A stretch of 62,010 nucleotides of DNA, taken from Paraspadella gotoi (Eukaryota > Animalia > Chaetognatha). The translations under genes were made by a program, and so were the position numbers. The stretch lies in assembly GCA_051294375.1 (NCBI GenBank), contig CM119270.1, positions 14,231,672 through 14,293,681 on the forward strand, read 5' to 3'. This document shows, one piece after another, positions 37,075 to 51,744 of this stretch (position 1 is the first letter of the stretch; each line of letters starts with the position of its first letter). A model generated the notes under the pieces. That model saw only the letters and a list, made by a program, of their open reading frames with translations. It searched no databases and had not been told where the DNA came from.

Positions 37075-38007
37075 NNNNNNNNNNNNNNNNNNNNNNNNNN
37101 NNNNNNNNNNNNNNNNNNNNNNNNNNNNNNNNNNNNNNNNNNNNNNNNNNNNNNNNNNNNNNNNNNNNNNNNNNNNNNNNNNNNNNNNNNNNNNNNNNNN
37201 NNNNNNNNNNNNNNNNNNNNNNNNNNNNNNNNNNNNNNNNNNNNNNNNNNNNNNNNNNNNNNNNNNNNNNNNNNNNNNNNNNNNNNNNNNNNNNNNNNNN
37301 NNNNNNNNNNNNNNNNNNNNNNNNNNNNNNNNNNNNNNNNNNNNNNNNNNNNNNNNNNNNNNNNNNNNNNNNNNNNNNNNNNNNNNNNNNNNNNNNNNNN
37401 NNNNNNNNNNNNNNNNNNNNNNNNNNNNNNNNNNNNNNNNNNNNNNNNNNNNNNNNNNNNNNNNNNNNNNNNNNNNNNNNNNNNNNNNNNNNNNNNNNNN
37501 NNNNNNNNNNNNNNNNNNNNNNNNNNNNNNNNNNNNNNNNNNNNNNNNNNNNNNNNNNNNNNNNNNNNNNNNNNNNNNNNNNNNNNNNNNNNNNNNNNNN
37601 NNNNNNNNNNNNNNNNNNNNNNNNNNNNNNNNNNNNNNNNNNNNNNNNNNNNNNNNNNNNNNNNNNNNNNNNNNNNNNNNNNNNNNNNNNNNNNNNNNNN
37701 NNNNNNNNNNNNNNNNNNNNNNNNNNNNNNNNNNNNNNNNNNNNNNNNNNNNNNNNNNNNNNNNNNNNNNNNNNNNNNNNNNNNNNNNNNNNNNNNNNNN
37801 NNNNNNNNNNNNNNNNNNNNNNNNNNNNNNNNNNNNNNNNNNNNNNNNNNNNNNNNNNNNNNNNNNNNNNNNNNNNNNNNNNNNNNNNNNNNNNNNNNNN
37901 NNNNNNNAAATGTAAAGGAGAGATTTTTCTTTACTCGTTTCTCTTTCACATTTCTTTTTCAAATTGAGAGACGTTCACTCTCTCTCTCTCCCAGATCTCA
38001 GTCTCTC

Positions 38008-38056
<49 letters not shown>

Positions 38057-38814
38057 TTTTCTCTCTCCCTGATTCTCACGCCCTGACGCGTTGTTAAGTT
38101 CCTTAGGAAAGAGAGAGAGAAAAAGAGAGAGAGAGAGAAAAGACACTTTTATCAAAAAGCAAAAATGAAACTAAGACAAAATAATAATTACGATTATTAA
38201 AAAAAAATAAATAACGCTACCACGTACGTAATGCACATTATCTTCATTATTAAAAAGATAATATTCCCTCACCTTTTGCTCCCCTCCCCCCTTCACTCTC
38301 CTTCCATCCCTTTTTCCTTCCCCCTCTCGTTTATCCATTCTGCGCCCGGAAACGAATCAAGCACTCGTCTAGACTCAGGCGTCACCAAGCGTCAAAAAAC
38401 TTTGCCTTTCGAAACAAATGATAAAGAAAGAGAAAAAGAGAGAGAGAGAGAGAGGGAGAGAGTTGGGAGGGCGCGAGAGAGAACTTCGTTTCCTCTTCAA
38501 AGAACACAGATTCGAGCTGAAATGCCCCAGGAATACATACGATTTTCATTACGTAGTAGTATCTTCCTAATGCCGTCTTCTTCCTTTGCCCCATTATGGC
38601 TACGCGCTTACAAATCACTTCCATTTTTTTCCCCGCCATCTCTATCTTTCTGCTTTCGCGCCATTTATTCGCTCAAATGTACGCGTCTCCCTTTCGCGCC
38701 CAAAAATTTTTGGCGCCTTTTTTCGAATCTGAGGAAACGGACGTCCTTTGGTTTTGGCGCCGTGAAAATAGACAAGGAAAACAAGTAGTATTTTTTCTGT
38801 GTGCAGATCGCGTG

Positions 38815-38929
<115 letters not shown>

Positions 38930-38994
38930 AAAAAAATTCGGGATAATAACATGTATACATAATTACATACAGAAAAATAATTCTCAGAATCTTC

Positions 38995-39008
38995 GTTGCC
39001 ATGGTGAC
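38995..39008. promoter_or_regulatory. Near-consensus RFX X-box (gttgccatggtgac) in a FoxP intron
   Basis: Matches the GTTGCCATGGYRAC consensus; function not demonstrated. Confidence 0.35.
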
Positions 39009-39342
39009 CTAACAGATGATTGACAACAATTTCGACGAACAAGAAGACGAGAACGACGATGTTGACGGCGACGGACCACGGGGCGCCGACCGACGACAAC
39101 GACGACAATAACGACGACGATGACGACGACTAGAACCACGACGACCAAGACGTCGACTTCGATTAAACGACAATGATTAATGAACGCGATGAGAATAAGA
39201 CGACAACTACGACGACGACGACCACAATGACGACGAGGAAGAAGAGGAAGGGGGGCCTTCTGTCGAGCCCTGGTGCCATGCCGCCCGCCAACGGTGACAT
39301 TTGTTTTGTTCAAGTTAAACAAGAACGTCTTCCCCTACTCCC

Positions 39343-39422
39343 TTTCTGTCTCTCTTTCTGTCTCTCTTTCTGTCTCTCTTTCTGTCTCTCTTTCTGTCTC
39401 TCTTTCTGTCTCTCTTTCTGTC
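39343..39422. repeat. 12-bp tandem repeat (tttctgtctctc)n, about 6 copies
   Basis: Read directly from the sequence. Confidence 0.85.
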
Positions 39423-39608
39423 CCCTGGTCCGCGCTCTTGATTCTCCTTCCTCTCTTGGATTCCTTCGCTTTAACCTCTTCTCCCCGCTCACTTACTCTC
39501 TCTCACTTACCTTTTCCCTTTTCCTTACCCCCTCTCTCGGTCTTCCCAGCAGAGAGGAGAATTTCGAGACAATAGTTATTAGTGAACTTTGAAGGCCGGA
39601 TGGCGGAT

Positions 39609-39650
<42 letters not shown>

Positions 39651-39653
39651 AGT

Positions 39654-39686
<33 letters not shown>

Positions 39687-40404
39687 CGCGAAATAATTTA
39701 AAATTGCTTTTTTTTTTTTAAAAATAGGAGTTAAAATGATTTTTACGAACTAAATGATAACTCCTAACATCGAGACAAAATGTTCCTTTGCTTTTCTTAG
39801 ACCAAAAAAGATGCGAAGATCCTGAGCCCCAAAAAAAATCGGAATCACGAATCCTTCTCACTTCACACGCGTCGTCGCTTCACTCAATCGCGGAAGAAAA
39901 GATCCACTTTGTTCATTTATTTAAATGCGCGACGAGGAATTTCAATTTCGTGATCTTTGGCGCTCGACTTTTTTTTTGGGGAAAAGATGTTTTCATCTCA
40001 GACGGCATCATAATCTTTTTTATTCGTTTTGTCTATCGTCGTAGTTTATGTTACTTCCTAAGCATTAATAAAATAAAAGGAATGGAAGAAAAGCTTGAAC
40101 GAAAAGTCTGACTACTTTGCCTAAAGTAAATACAAACAAACAACTTTTCAAGAAGGCATTTCCTTTCTAAATAGTGAAATATTGTGAAGCAAGACTTTCA
40201 CTCTCTTTCTCTTTCTCTGTCTCTCTCGTCATGTTTTCGCGATATTTACGAATCTCGCCAGGAGGCGTCGGTGTCGATCGTTGGCTGCCAACTTCGAAAG
40301 GCGATCTAGCAACAATAGAAGACTGTCTTGACGCAAGGCCGACTCTCCGTTTTTTTTTCATAATGTTTTAGATTTTACTCAGTTTTTCAAGCAGACCCTT
40401 TATA

Positions 40405-40462
<58 letters not shown>

Positions 40463-40616
40463 CGTCTCTCTCTCTCTCTCTCTTCTCAGTCATCCGTCGA
40501 CGGGAGAGAAATGAAGAGGAGTTTTTACGAATCGCCGTATTTCGATGCCGAACGCATCAAAACCCATGAGGGGGTGAAAAAGAGAGTGGCGAAAGAAAGA
40601 AATAGGGAAGAGAGAT

Positions 40617-40698
<82 letters not shown>

Positions 40699-41601
40699 GG
40701 AAGAGGAAAGGAGGGGAAAGAGGAATGAGAAAGAGATTGAAGAAATCGGGATTCGAGATAGTAGTAATGTCAAAGGTGACGCTAAATTTAGAAAAGTAGA
40801 CGAGGAACTTGGAAGATTCCAAAAAAAAAAAATATACCAGTTATTACAAATAGGAAGATAAAAAATAATTTCGTTTAAGGAATACGGGAAGTGAAACATC
40901 AAATTAGAAAAATCATTCGTTGCTAAAATAAAACTTTAGGCATAAAGAATATAAAATCTGTTAATGCGTCTTTCCCAAATTTAGGGTTATTTTGAGGTGG
41001 GGGCGGGGTGGGTAAAAGATCAGTAGTAAGGTCTGGGGATCTTCGTTGCCAAGTTTTCTCTCCGCGGACGAAAATCGTAAAAAAATTCCAAAATCGCAAA
41101 CTGAGACAAGAATAAAAAAATTTTCCTCGGTTTTCGACGAGGGACGCGGCACAAACGAGGAGCATTAAAAAAGCCAAATTTGGGGGATGAAAGGAGGAAG
41201 ATTGGAGGAAAAAAAAGAAAAGAAGAAAAGAAAAAAGGAGGAGAAAGAAAGAAAACAAAATCATAAAAACAAAAACGGAAAAATTGAAGAAAAAGAAAAT
41301 TGAAGTAATAAGAAATAAATCGCATTTTGTGATAGGGACTGATGATGAAGGTGATGCTGTTGCAATTTGCAACGTCGCATCTGTTGTTCACGTACTCTCT
41401 CTCTCTCTCTCTCTCTCTNNNNNNNNNNNNNNNNNNNNNNNNNNNNNNNNNNNNNNNNNNNNNNNNNNNNNNNNNNNNNNNNNNNNNNNNNNNNNNNNNN
41501 NNNNNNNNNNNNNNNNNNNNNNNNNNNNNNNNNNNNNNNNNNNNNNNNNNNNNNNNNNNNNNNNNNNNNNNNNNNNNNNNNNNNNNNNNNNNNNNNNNNN
41601 N

Positions 41602-41641
<40 letters not shown>

Positions 41642-42027
41642 TCCCGCAACGTTTATATCGTCTTGTTTATGATTACGGCGTCCACGACAAAGAGAAAGAC
41701 AACGACGACGACATCGACAACGAGAACAATTATGGCGACTTAAACGATGACTGTTATTACGAAGCCTTCTAATAAAGCGGTAATGACAAAGTGCTGCACA
41801 AATAAGACAGTTTCTGAATCAATTAGCTTCGCAATTACCAAGAGTCGCAAGAGTGTCAGGGTCTCAGCAAAGTTTTATGAATATTTGCATCAAAGAAAAA
41901 TATATTGGACGAATAATAATGAAAAAGTTATCTTTGTATACATCAATAAGTAAATCCAAACAATCTATTAAATCAGTAAATATTGAATAAATCTTTTTCT
42001 CTCTCTGTCTCTCTCTCTCTCTCAATC

Positions 42028-42122
<95 letters not shown>

Positions 42123-43024
42123 CAATGTTAAGAGAAAAATTTGTCTGATTATTCAAACGCTGATGAAAGCTTATACATAAAGCCGAAACATGTCCCTATG
42201 TAAAAATAAAAATCGTTGTAAATAAACAAATAAACTTTGTTTTTCTCTAAATAAACAAATAAACTTTGTTTTTCTCTGAATAAATCTAAAAATTAGTGAT
42301 AGTCATTTGGATTATTCCATCAATCAATGAATCCTAACGATAATAGACAACGGCTTTCAGTCTCTTTCTTCTTGTTGTTGTTGTTGGAGACTTGATGGAA
42401 AAATTTCTTTCATCATTTCCACGCGGTTGCGTCTTGACCGGATGTGGGACTCGGCGTCACCCAACGCCACCCACGCAGCGCCAGATAGGCCAAAACAATA
42501 ACAGAGCGAGAGAAGGGAGAGAGAGAGAGGGAGAGAGAGAGANNNNNNNNNNNNNNNNNNNNNNNNNTCGTCTCATCTCATCCACTCATCATCCTCTGTC
42601 GTCTCGTTCTCCCCTCTCGCCCTCCCCCTCTCTATCTTCCTCTTATCCCTCTTCTTTTGAACGACTCTGACACCCACAATAATGACGACCTTTTTCGATA
42701 TGAAAAGAAAATGGCTTCTCCTTTCTCTCAGACCCGGCGAGCCTAACGTCACTGGAGTGGGGAGACGAATAATCTGTCTGCTTGCTGGAATACGAAAGGT
42801 GAGAGAAGTCTCTCTTCTCTCGTTCATCTCTCGATCCAGATTTCTCTGCTCGTCTCTCGGCTCTTTCTCTTCTCTCTCCATTCATCTCATCTGTCGTCTC
42901 GATTCCTTCTCTCTCTCCTCATTCCTCATTCCTCTCCTCTGTCCTCTCTCTCTCTAAGTGATCCCCTTCTCTGCTCTCGCGTCGCTGGGTTATTGTTTTG
43001 CCTATGTCTTTTCCCTGGCGCTGC

Positions 43025-43063
<39 letters not shown>

Positions 43064-44063
43064 ATGGACGATGAAGGCGCCGCTTCTGTTGTGGAAACAA
43101 CAAAAGAGATCAAAAAGAAGAAAAAAATATTAAGTATGAGGAGGAAGACGTTATGTATAAAAAATCGATGGAAGGAATGGAATGTCGATGCGATGCGTCG
43201 CCATCTTTGCATTTAACTCTTACTTATTTCAGTGTTTATATTTATTTTTTTTAATTCATGAACTGTTTCTATCTATATTTATTTTTCAATTAATTATTTT
43301 TTATTCATTATTTTTTATTTTCTGCTTTACTTTTAAATTTTGATTTTTTATTGCTAAAATATTTAATTTTTTTAATTTATTTTATTCAAACCCTTTTAGA
43401 ACGATGCAACTTCTCGAAGGACGCATCGTCAGCAATGCCTTTTTCTCTGGCGAAAGAGAAATACAAAAAAGGAGATGGAAGGAAGAAGATTCAGAAGAAT
43501 CGAGAAGAAGAAAAAGAAGAAGAAAAAGAAGCAAAACAAAAAGAAGAAGAAGAAGACGCCCGAGGAGGAAGAGAAGAAAGAAAGGAAAAAAAAAGGATTT
43601 CGATATCGAGGAAAAAAGGCTTATGATTTCCTTGGAAATGGATTGTCTTTATTTCGATGCGACGGTGGCGCGAGTTGCGGCGTCGGTGGACGAGGGAGGA
43701 GGGGGGAGAGGGGGTGGAATGGGAAGAAAAAAGGGTGGAAGGAAGGGAGGAAAAGAAATTAGAAAGGAAAGGAGGAAAATAACGACGGAAGAGGAATAGG
43801 AATGGGAGATGGGTTGGGAATATAAAGGAAGGAATGGAGAAAGGGATGAAAGATGAAAAAAAGGAAAGAAGAAAATTAAGAAGAGTAGAAGGAAAACAAA
43901 GGGGAAAGTGAAAGGAAAGATTAAAAACCGTAAATATACAAGGGAAGATCTAAGGAAGGAAGCAAAAGGAGGTGAGTTGAGATTTGTGGGTGGGTGGGAC
44001 GGAGTCGGCGAAAAGTCGGTTGGCTCCACCCGATTTTTTATACCCTTTCGATTGAAAAAGAGT

Positions 44064-44210
<147 letters not shown>

Positions 44211-44548
44211 GAGAGGGAGAGACGCAAAACAATTTTCTGGCAACTACTCTCCTCCAAAGCATCTTCCGCGACGAGAAACGCGAGCGAAAAGTTTCTTTCC
44301 AAAAAGTGTAAATAAAAACTGGAAACAAAAATCTTCTCGGGGATAAATTTTTCAAAGAGCGAGATGTTTTTTTGTTTTAAGATTTCGTTATCTCAGAAAA
44401 CCTTCATTCTTAATCGTCGTTCGTCAGAAGATCGCTAGATTCACTTCAGAGTACAACCGGACCACAATTCCTCACTTACGACTTCATTTCTCGCAATATC
44501 ACAAGATCAAATCCACACTACTTTTCAATTAACTTTCAAGCAACTTAC

Positions 44549-44740
44549 CTTTTCCTTGACGCTGCCGGTAGGTGAGGGTTGGGAGGCGGGGCTCTCGGTT
44601 CGGCGTCCGTCGCTGCCGCCGGAAGTGGCGTGTCCCGGCGCTTGACCCGTGAGGTGACCCGGGGCGTGACCCGGAACGTGACCCGGTTTCATGTGGAGAT
44701 GGTGCATCATCGCTTGGAGGCGTTCGCGTTCCTTCGACAA
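44549..44740 (-). CDS. FoxP: FoxP leucine-zipper exon (second half)
   Basis: ttcag|LSKERERLQAMMHHLHMKPGHVPGHAPG...GSVKEK|gtaagt; 192 nt, phase 0-0. Confidence 0.93.
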
Positions 44741-45367
44741 CTGAATTTTTTTTTGGGGGGGCGTAAAATGGGTAGAGTTAGCCGGATGTATATTTTGATC
44801 AAGGACTATAGTCACACGAGCTAGTCCTCATTTTCTATAGAACTTTATCATTTGTCATTTATAGACGGTCCGTACTATATTTTTTTAATTTTCCTCTCTT
44901 CTCTGAACGTGGACGTTTGTTGTGATCTACCCATGTTTTTTTAATGCATTTACTGGTCAGGTAGATAGATTGAACTCTGATCTAGCTCTCCAGGCCCCCA
45001 GATTAGTATAAATAGTCTTCATTATCTACCTTCGGGAATATTTATTTTAAACTTTTACCCAAAACTACGTACTGGATGCAGTCCAAGATCATATATTGTT
45101 CAATTCAATTTAATTTAATTTAATTCAATTCAATTCTCTTTTCTCTTAATATCTAAAGCCCCTCTCGTCACCCACCCCCCCGCTCACCCCGCTCCCCATC
45201 CTGCCAAGAAACTATTGCCACATCGTCTCCCGACCTTCGGTGAAATTGATGCCAACATTTTCAAGATCTCCCAACATTTTGGTTCCATATCTTGGCGCCC
45301 GTTCACGCCCTGCTTCGTTTCCGCGTCCCCGTTAATCCCTCGTCCGGCTATCTCACTCTCTCTTCTC

Positions 45368-45433
<66 letters not shown>

Positions 45434-45997
45434 TCTCTCTCTCTCTCTCTCTTCCGGGCTGGCCCACCCTGAGAACAAAACTAGTACCGATGGCATTTAC
45501 GTCAGGGTCGAGGCGACGAGAGGCGATCACAACCGATTCCATGGAGCACCAGGCCCCCCTTACTCAATCTCCTATCCCCACCCTGTCTTTTCCTTCTCCA
45601 ATCACCATAGTCGCTCTGCCACTTAAGTTTACTGCTTCCGTTCACGTCTTCAAGTTCGACAGCTTTGTTGCCCGTGCCCGCCCTCCTCATTTTGGAGCGA
45701 CGAGGAACTTGAATACTAAGTCTTAGCTTAGTTACTATAGTCAACGTCGTCAATACAGAAAACAACGCGACACTAAAAATAATACCCGGCATTAATGCAT
45801 ACTGAATTACTGATAATTTCCAAATCTACGGGACAAGAAATATTAGATAAAACTTCTCTTCCACAAAATATATGTATATTTCAATCTCCGCCCTCTTCCC
45901 GACCCTTCTCGCCCCCCTTCTCGCCCCCTTCTCGCGCTAGTCGAAGGCGAAACCCAATCTCCAGCAAATCGCTTCTCTCCCGATTCTTCTCCCGGGA

Positions 45998-46106
<109 letters not shown>

Positions 46107-46299
46107 AGGAGGATCAGGGTTTTTGTGGTTTTCTTTTCATGCGCGGCGGATAAACAAAGACGTCGCGCGGGTAAATTGGAGGCTTTCTTATGTCAGCAGC
46201 AACTTCAAAGAGTTTTCACCTCAGCGAACTGCTTTTCTGTAAAATTGGCCACCTTAGTTAAGGTCAGACTCTAATGATTCAGACCCGCGAATGACTCAC

Positions 46300-46387
46300 C
46301 TGTAAGTCTAGTTGGCTGACGACCTGCATTTGAACCCTGGCTTGGGCGGTGCTTCGGTCATCCAACTGATGCTCACTATTGATGTGT
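46300..46387 (-). CDS. FoxP: FoxP zinc finger/leucine zipper exon, 88 nt
   Basis: gcag|(K)[29 protein letters not shown]|gtgagt; phase 2-0. Confidence 0.96.
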
Positions 46388-46582
46388 CTGCAAAGAGAAA
46401 AGTGAAAGTGTTATAATAGCACAACTTATCCAATTACTCGATCATAACAATTTTGATATCTAAAAATTTCCTATTATTCACATTTTTCAACGTTCCAGCT
46501 CTCCATATTTAACGCAAAAAGCAACATAATCCCACTTGAGTAATACTTTTTCTCTTTACCACAAATTTGTCATTTTAGCCAC

Positions 46583-46662
<80 letters not shown>

Positions 46663-49600
46663 ACTTTCCACCATTCATCTCCCGCGTTAATCCCAACGTT
46701 TATGCGGCGTTTAAGGCATTCGTACGGCATTTCAGCTATTTTTCATTTTCGCTCGTGTATTTATCTTTATCTTCGAAAGTTTCTAAATCCTAAATAGAAG
46801 CATGGGGAGGATTTAAAACGGAAAATTGATTGAGAGTTGAAGGAAAGAAAGAAAATAAGAAAGATGAAAACAGAAAAACAGAAAATGGAAAAATAGGGAA
46901 AAAAATATCTGAAGCACAGAGAATAACTAATGGGCAACGAATGGTGATGGATTCCTCGCCATGGGGCTGAGGTTTTATAAACCGAGTTTTGTCAACGGAA
47001 TTTTTAAGTTTTGGATTATTTTTTCGGGTTTTATTTTCCTTTGCGAGGTAGGCGCCTTTGTTTCGTCGTGTTGTAAGACGTCAGGATGCTAACGGTGGCC
47101 ATTGGTGACCTACTGACCATTAAGGGACCGGAGCAATCAAGGCCGAGGAGTTTCGCGCAAATTGGCCGCGCGAGAAGCGATCGTGAGCAGCGATTAACAA
47201 ACTTTTACAAGGAAGGATACACACGACAGGTAATGCTCGTACACTAAGAAGTAACAACAACAAATTAAACTTTACTATAAGGAGTTTTAAAGAAACGAAT
47301 TTCACTCGATTTCTAAAAAGCGATGAGAAGCGGAATTAAGAATCGTTGGCGAGAAGCGGAGAAGCGAAGAGGCAGAGGGGGGGGGGACGATTAGTGTCCC
47401 ACGAAGGCGAGACGCCGGTCAGACGGCGTCCTTCCAATTACGCGGCCCGCGTCTCTCGCCGACGCCGCCCGACGCCGCCCAACACCGTCCGACGCCACTG
47501 TCTTCTCGCTTCTCGCTTCTTCGTCTCGGTCCCCATTGCGTGATCGCGATTCTACGATTAATTGCATACTCCGTCTCACGTCTCACATCAACAAGAAGTT
47601 CACCTATCAGAACTTACAATTGTGTCAACAGATCCAAAGAGTGACCATTCAGTGATCAAGTATAACATATCATCTAACAAACGAGATCTTTGATTTGACT
47701 TGGACTTACTATTGGACCGAATAATAATAACATTAAGCATTACTACAATCAAACATTTACTCCCAATAAGAAGCATCTTCACAGCGCCTCACTCCAACGA
47801 AGCCATTACGCTGACCACTCATGACCCAAAACCCTTTCACACCTAAATCACGACGCGTCTCTCACCGCCCTCCACGCTCTTCTTGTCCCCCTCGCGTGAC
47901 TGATGGGCGATTTTGAAGAAAATCCAATCAAGTGTATCCAGATATTACGCAAGGTGGGAGAGAGAGAGAGAGACAGAGAGAAAGAGAGAGAGCGAGAGAG
48001 GGAGGGAGAGAACGAGAGAACGAGAGGCGAGAGAGAGAGAGCAATCTCGTCCACCTGATTGCTAACTCGGCCGACATTCGTCCCATTGTGCATCGTTTTT
48101 ATTTCTGCCTCTCACTTTCTCTCGCTCTGTGTCTTTCTTTTATTATCTGTCTCTTTGTGTCTCTTTTTTTCTCTCTCTCTCTCTTTTTTTTTCGCTTTCA
48201 TTTTTTATCTCGTTGCCAGATGGCCGCCTCCGTTTCGTGATGAGGGACGGCCCTGTCTCTCTCTCTCTCTCNNNNNNNNNNNNNNNNNNNNNNNNNNNNN
48301 NNNNNNNNNNNNNNNNNNNNNNNNNNNNNNNNNNNNNNNNNNNNNNNNNNNNNNNNNNNNNNNNNNNNNNNNNNNNNNNNNNNNNNNNNNNNNNNNNNNN
48401 NNNNNNNNNNNNNNNNNNNNNNNNNNNNNNNNNNNNNNNNNNNNNNNNNNNNNNNNNNNNNNNNNNNNNNNNNNNNNNNNNNNNNNNNNNNNNNNNNNNN
48501 NNNNNNNNNNNNNNNNNNNNNCTCTCTCTCTCTCTCTCTCTCCCTCTCTCCCTCAATCTCTCAATTTTCCTCTTCATCAATAATGACTCGATTGGAAATA
48601 AGGCGGCACAGTGAATTAACAAAGCGAGATGAGCGACACAGCGAATTAACAAGGCCAGCGACGTCGCCGTTCAAAAGGCGGCGTCGTTCGACTTTTAACG
48701 ATTCCACTTTAATATAAACTCGTCGCCAAGCAACCGTCGGTATTTAAATGCTATTTTTCTCGTCTACCTTTCCTGTCTTATTTTACCGGAATCAATTATC
48801 TTTCAAAATCACACTTCACTTCACCATGAATTTAAAACAGAATTCATCATATTCATCATATTATTGTATTCATTCTCATAATTTCGCCCAAACTCTCTCA
48901 CTATTTCTGCGAATTACATCAAAACTTACGGCAAATACTTCGCCCGGCCGGTAAATACAATGGCTTTAATTTCTAAAAAATATACAAAAGATACACAATG
49001 TACTCAACAAACCCTAATAGTCTTGTCCTCTCCAAATTAACTCCTCCCATATCCATGAGCATTCGCCCAACCCAATCGTCCATCGCAATTGCTTCTTTTT
49101 TTATCAACCTACATAACCGTTGACTCGCCTTCGCGTCTCACCTATTTACCTACATCACCGTTAATCCCCGACACTCCTCACTATCACTTCACCCCATCAC
49201 AATTCGCAAACCCTTTCGTCCTACCATCCACCCTACAACCCTTCACAATCTCCACTACCCCCACGGCAGCCGCATTGAGCGAGTCGTCGCCGCCGCCGCC
49301 GCAACCACAGCCGCAGCCTTGAGACTCTACGAGAATTCGAGTCACGAAAGAATCGAATCTAATATTGATGAAGTCTCTCGCAATACCTGCCAAAGGAGGC
49401 AAAGGGAGCTTTTGAAATGAGGTTCAATCTCTTCTTGGACACTATCTTCGAGGTGAGAGGGGAGGCGTACATCTCATTGTTTATATATATCTTTATATCT
49501 AACATTTACTAATTTTTATGAATGGACAACACAAGTTAAAATTTTTGTAAAGATATCAAAACTTTCACTTTGTATATGGATTTTAGGATAAGAAAAAAGA

Positions 49601-50370
49601 AAGAAAAAAACTAAGCAGCGAGAAGCGTGGCGTTCTCTCTCTCTCTTTCTCTCACTCCCTTCCCTCTCCACGAAAATTGCATTTTGCATAAAATGAGAAA
49701 ACAAGGAGTTTAAAAAAACGGAGAATAATTTTTTTCGATTTTTTTTTCTTTTTCTTCTCTTTCCTCCACATGTTTTTCTCCCTTCCTTTTGTCTCTCTCG
49801 CGAGATATTGGAGGTCGATCGGAGAGAGAGAGAGAGAAGAGAATGAGATGAGAGAGAGGAGAGAGAGAGACGGATGAGAAGAGAGAGAGAGAGAGAGAGA
49901 AAAGAGAGAGAGAGAAAGAGAGAGAGAGAAAGAGAGAGAGGATATTCCCCTATAGACATTTTAGATTATTAGAATTTTTCATGTCAAAGTTTCTTTTTTC
50001 AGCTTGTAATGTATCTCTCTCTATCCTCACCTTTTCTCTCTTCCTCCTCTTCCTCCCTCCTTACATATCCGCCACCCTCCCTTCTCTTGCCGTCTCTGTC
50101 TCAGTCTCTCCTCTCTTTCCCTCTTCTCTTACTACCTCTCTCATCTCTCTCTCTCTCTCTACTCTCTCTCTCTCTCCCAGGAGATCAGGGTTTTCTGTGG
50201 TTTTCTTTTCATGCGCGGCGGATAAACAAAAGACGTCGCGCGGGGTAAATTGGAGCTTTCTTATGTCAGCAGCAACTTCAAGAGTTTTTCACCTCAGCGA
50301 ACTGCTTTTCTGTAAATTGGCCACCTTAGTTAAGGTAGACTCTAATGATTCAGACCCGCAAATGACTCAC

Positions 50371-50462
50371 TGTAAGTCTAGTTGGCTTAGACGGACTCAT
50401 TTGACCCTGGCTTGGGCGAGTTGCTTCGGTCAATCCAACTGATGCTCACTATTGATAGTGTC
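50371..50462 (-). pseudogene. Frameshifted second copy of the 88-nt FoxP exon within the duplicated segment
   Basis: Nearly identical to 46300-46387 but with several indels; the flanking introns are also duplicated. Confidence 0.6.
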
Positions 50463-50671
50463 CTGCAAAGAGAAAAGTGAAAGTGTTATAATAGCACAAC
50501 TTATCCAATTACTCGATCATAACAATTTGATATCTAAAAATTTCCTATTATCACATTTTTTCAAAACGTTCCAGCTCTCCTATTTAACGCAAAAAGCACA
50601 TAATTCCACTGATTAATACTTTTTCTCTTTACCACAAATTTTTCATTTTAGCACAAAAAATCTCTCTCTCT

Positions 50672-50736
<65 letters not shown>

Positions 50737-51744
50737 CTCTCTCTCTCTCTCTCTCTTCACTTTCACCATTTCAATTCTCCCGCGTAATCCAACGTTTAAT
50801 GCGGGCGTTTAAGCATTCGTACGCATTTTCAGTATTTTCATTTTCGCTCGTGTATTTATTTTATCCTTTCGAAAGTTTCTTAAATCCTTAAATAGAAGCA
50901 TGGGGAGGATTTAAAAACGGAAAATTGATTGAGAGTTGAAGGAAGAAAGAAAATAAGAAAGATGGAAACAGAAAAACAGAAATGGAAAATTAGAATAAAT
51001 ACTGAAGCACAGAGATAAACTAATGCGGCAACGAATGGTGATGGATTCCTCGCCATGGGGCTGAGCGTTTTATAACCGAGTTTTGTCACGGAATTTTTAA
51101 GTTTATGGATATTTTTTCGGGTTTTTATTTTCTTTGCGAGGTAGGCGCCTTTTCGTCGTGTTGTAGACGTCAGCGTGCTAAGTGGCCAATTTGGTGACCT
51201 ACTGCACCATTAAGGGACCGAGCAATCAAGGCCAGGAGTTTCGCCGCAAATTGGCCGCGCGAAGAAAGCGATCGTGAGCACGATTAACAAACTTTTACAG
51301 GAAGGATACACACGACAGAGGTAATGCTCGTACACTAAGAAGTAACAACAACAAATTAAACTTTACTATAAGGAGTTTTAAAAGAAACGAATTTTCACTC
51401 GATTTCTTAAAAGCGATGAGAAGCGGAATTAAAGATCGTTGGCGAGAAGCGGAGGGAAGCGAGAGGCAGAGGGGGGGGACGATTAGTGTCCCACGAAGGC
51501 GCAGACGCGCGTCAGACGGCGTCCTTCCATACGCGGCCGGCGTCTCTCGCACGACGCGCCCACGCGCCCACACGGTCCGACGCGCACTGCTTCTCAGCTT
51601 TCTCGCTTCTTTCGTCTCGGTCACCCATTGCGTGATCGCGATTCTACGATTATTGCATACTCCGGTCTCACGTCTCACATCAACAAGAAGTTCACCTATC
51701 AGAACTTACAATTTGTTTGTCAACAGATCCCAAAGAGTGACCAT

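Noticed and set aside
33908-38097. Long ORFs of 150-416 aa in the ORF track
   Set aside because: Composed of X residues spanning N gaps
39000-39300. Acidic coding-like block
   Set aside because: (GAC)n-type low complexity with stops on both strands and no clear splice sites
50371-50462. Second mutually exclusive FoxP exon pair (zinc finger/zipper)
   Set aside because: The copy is frameshifted and embedded in a multi-kb near-identical duplication that includes introns; best explained as an assembly or haplotype duplicate
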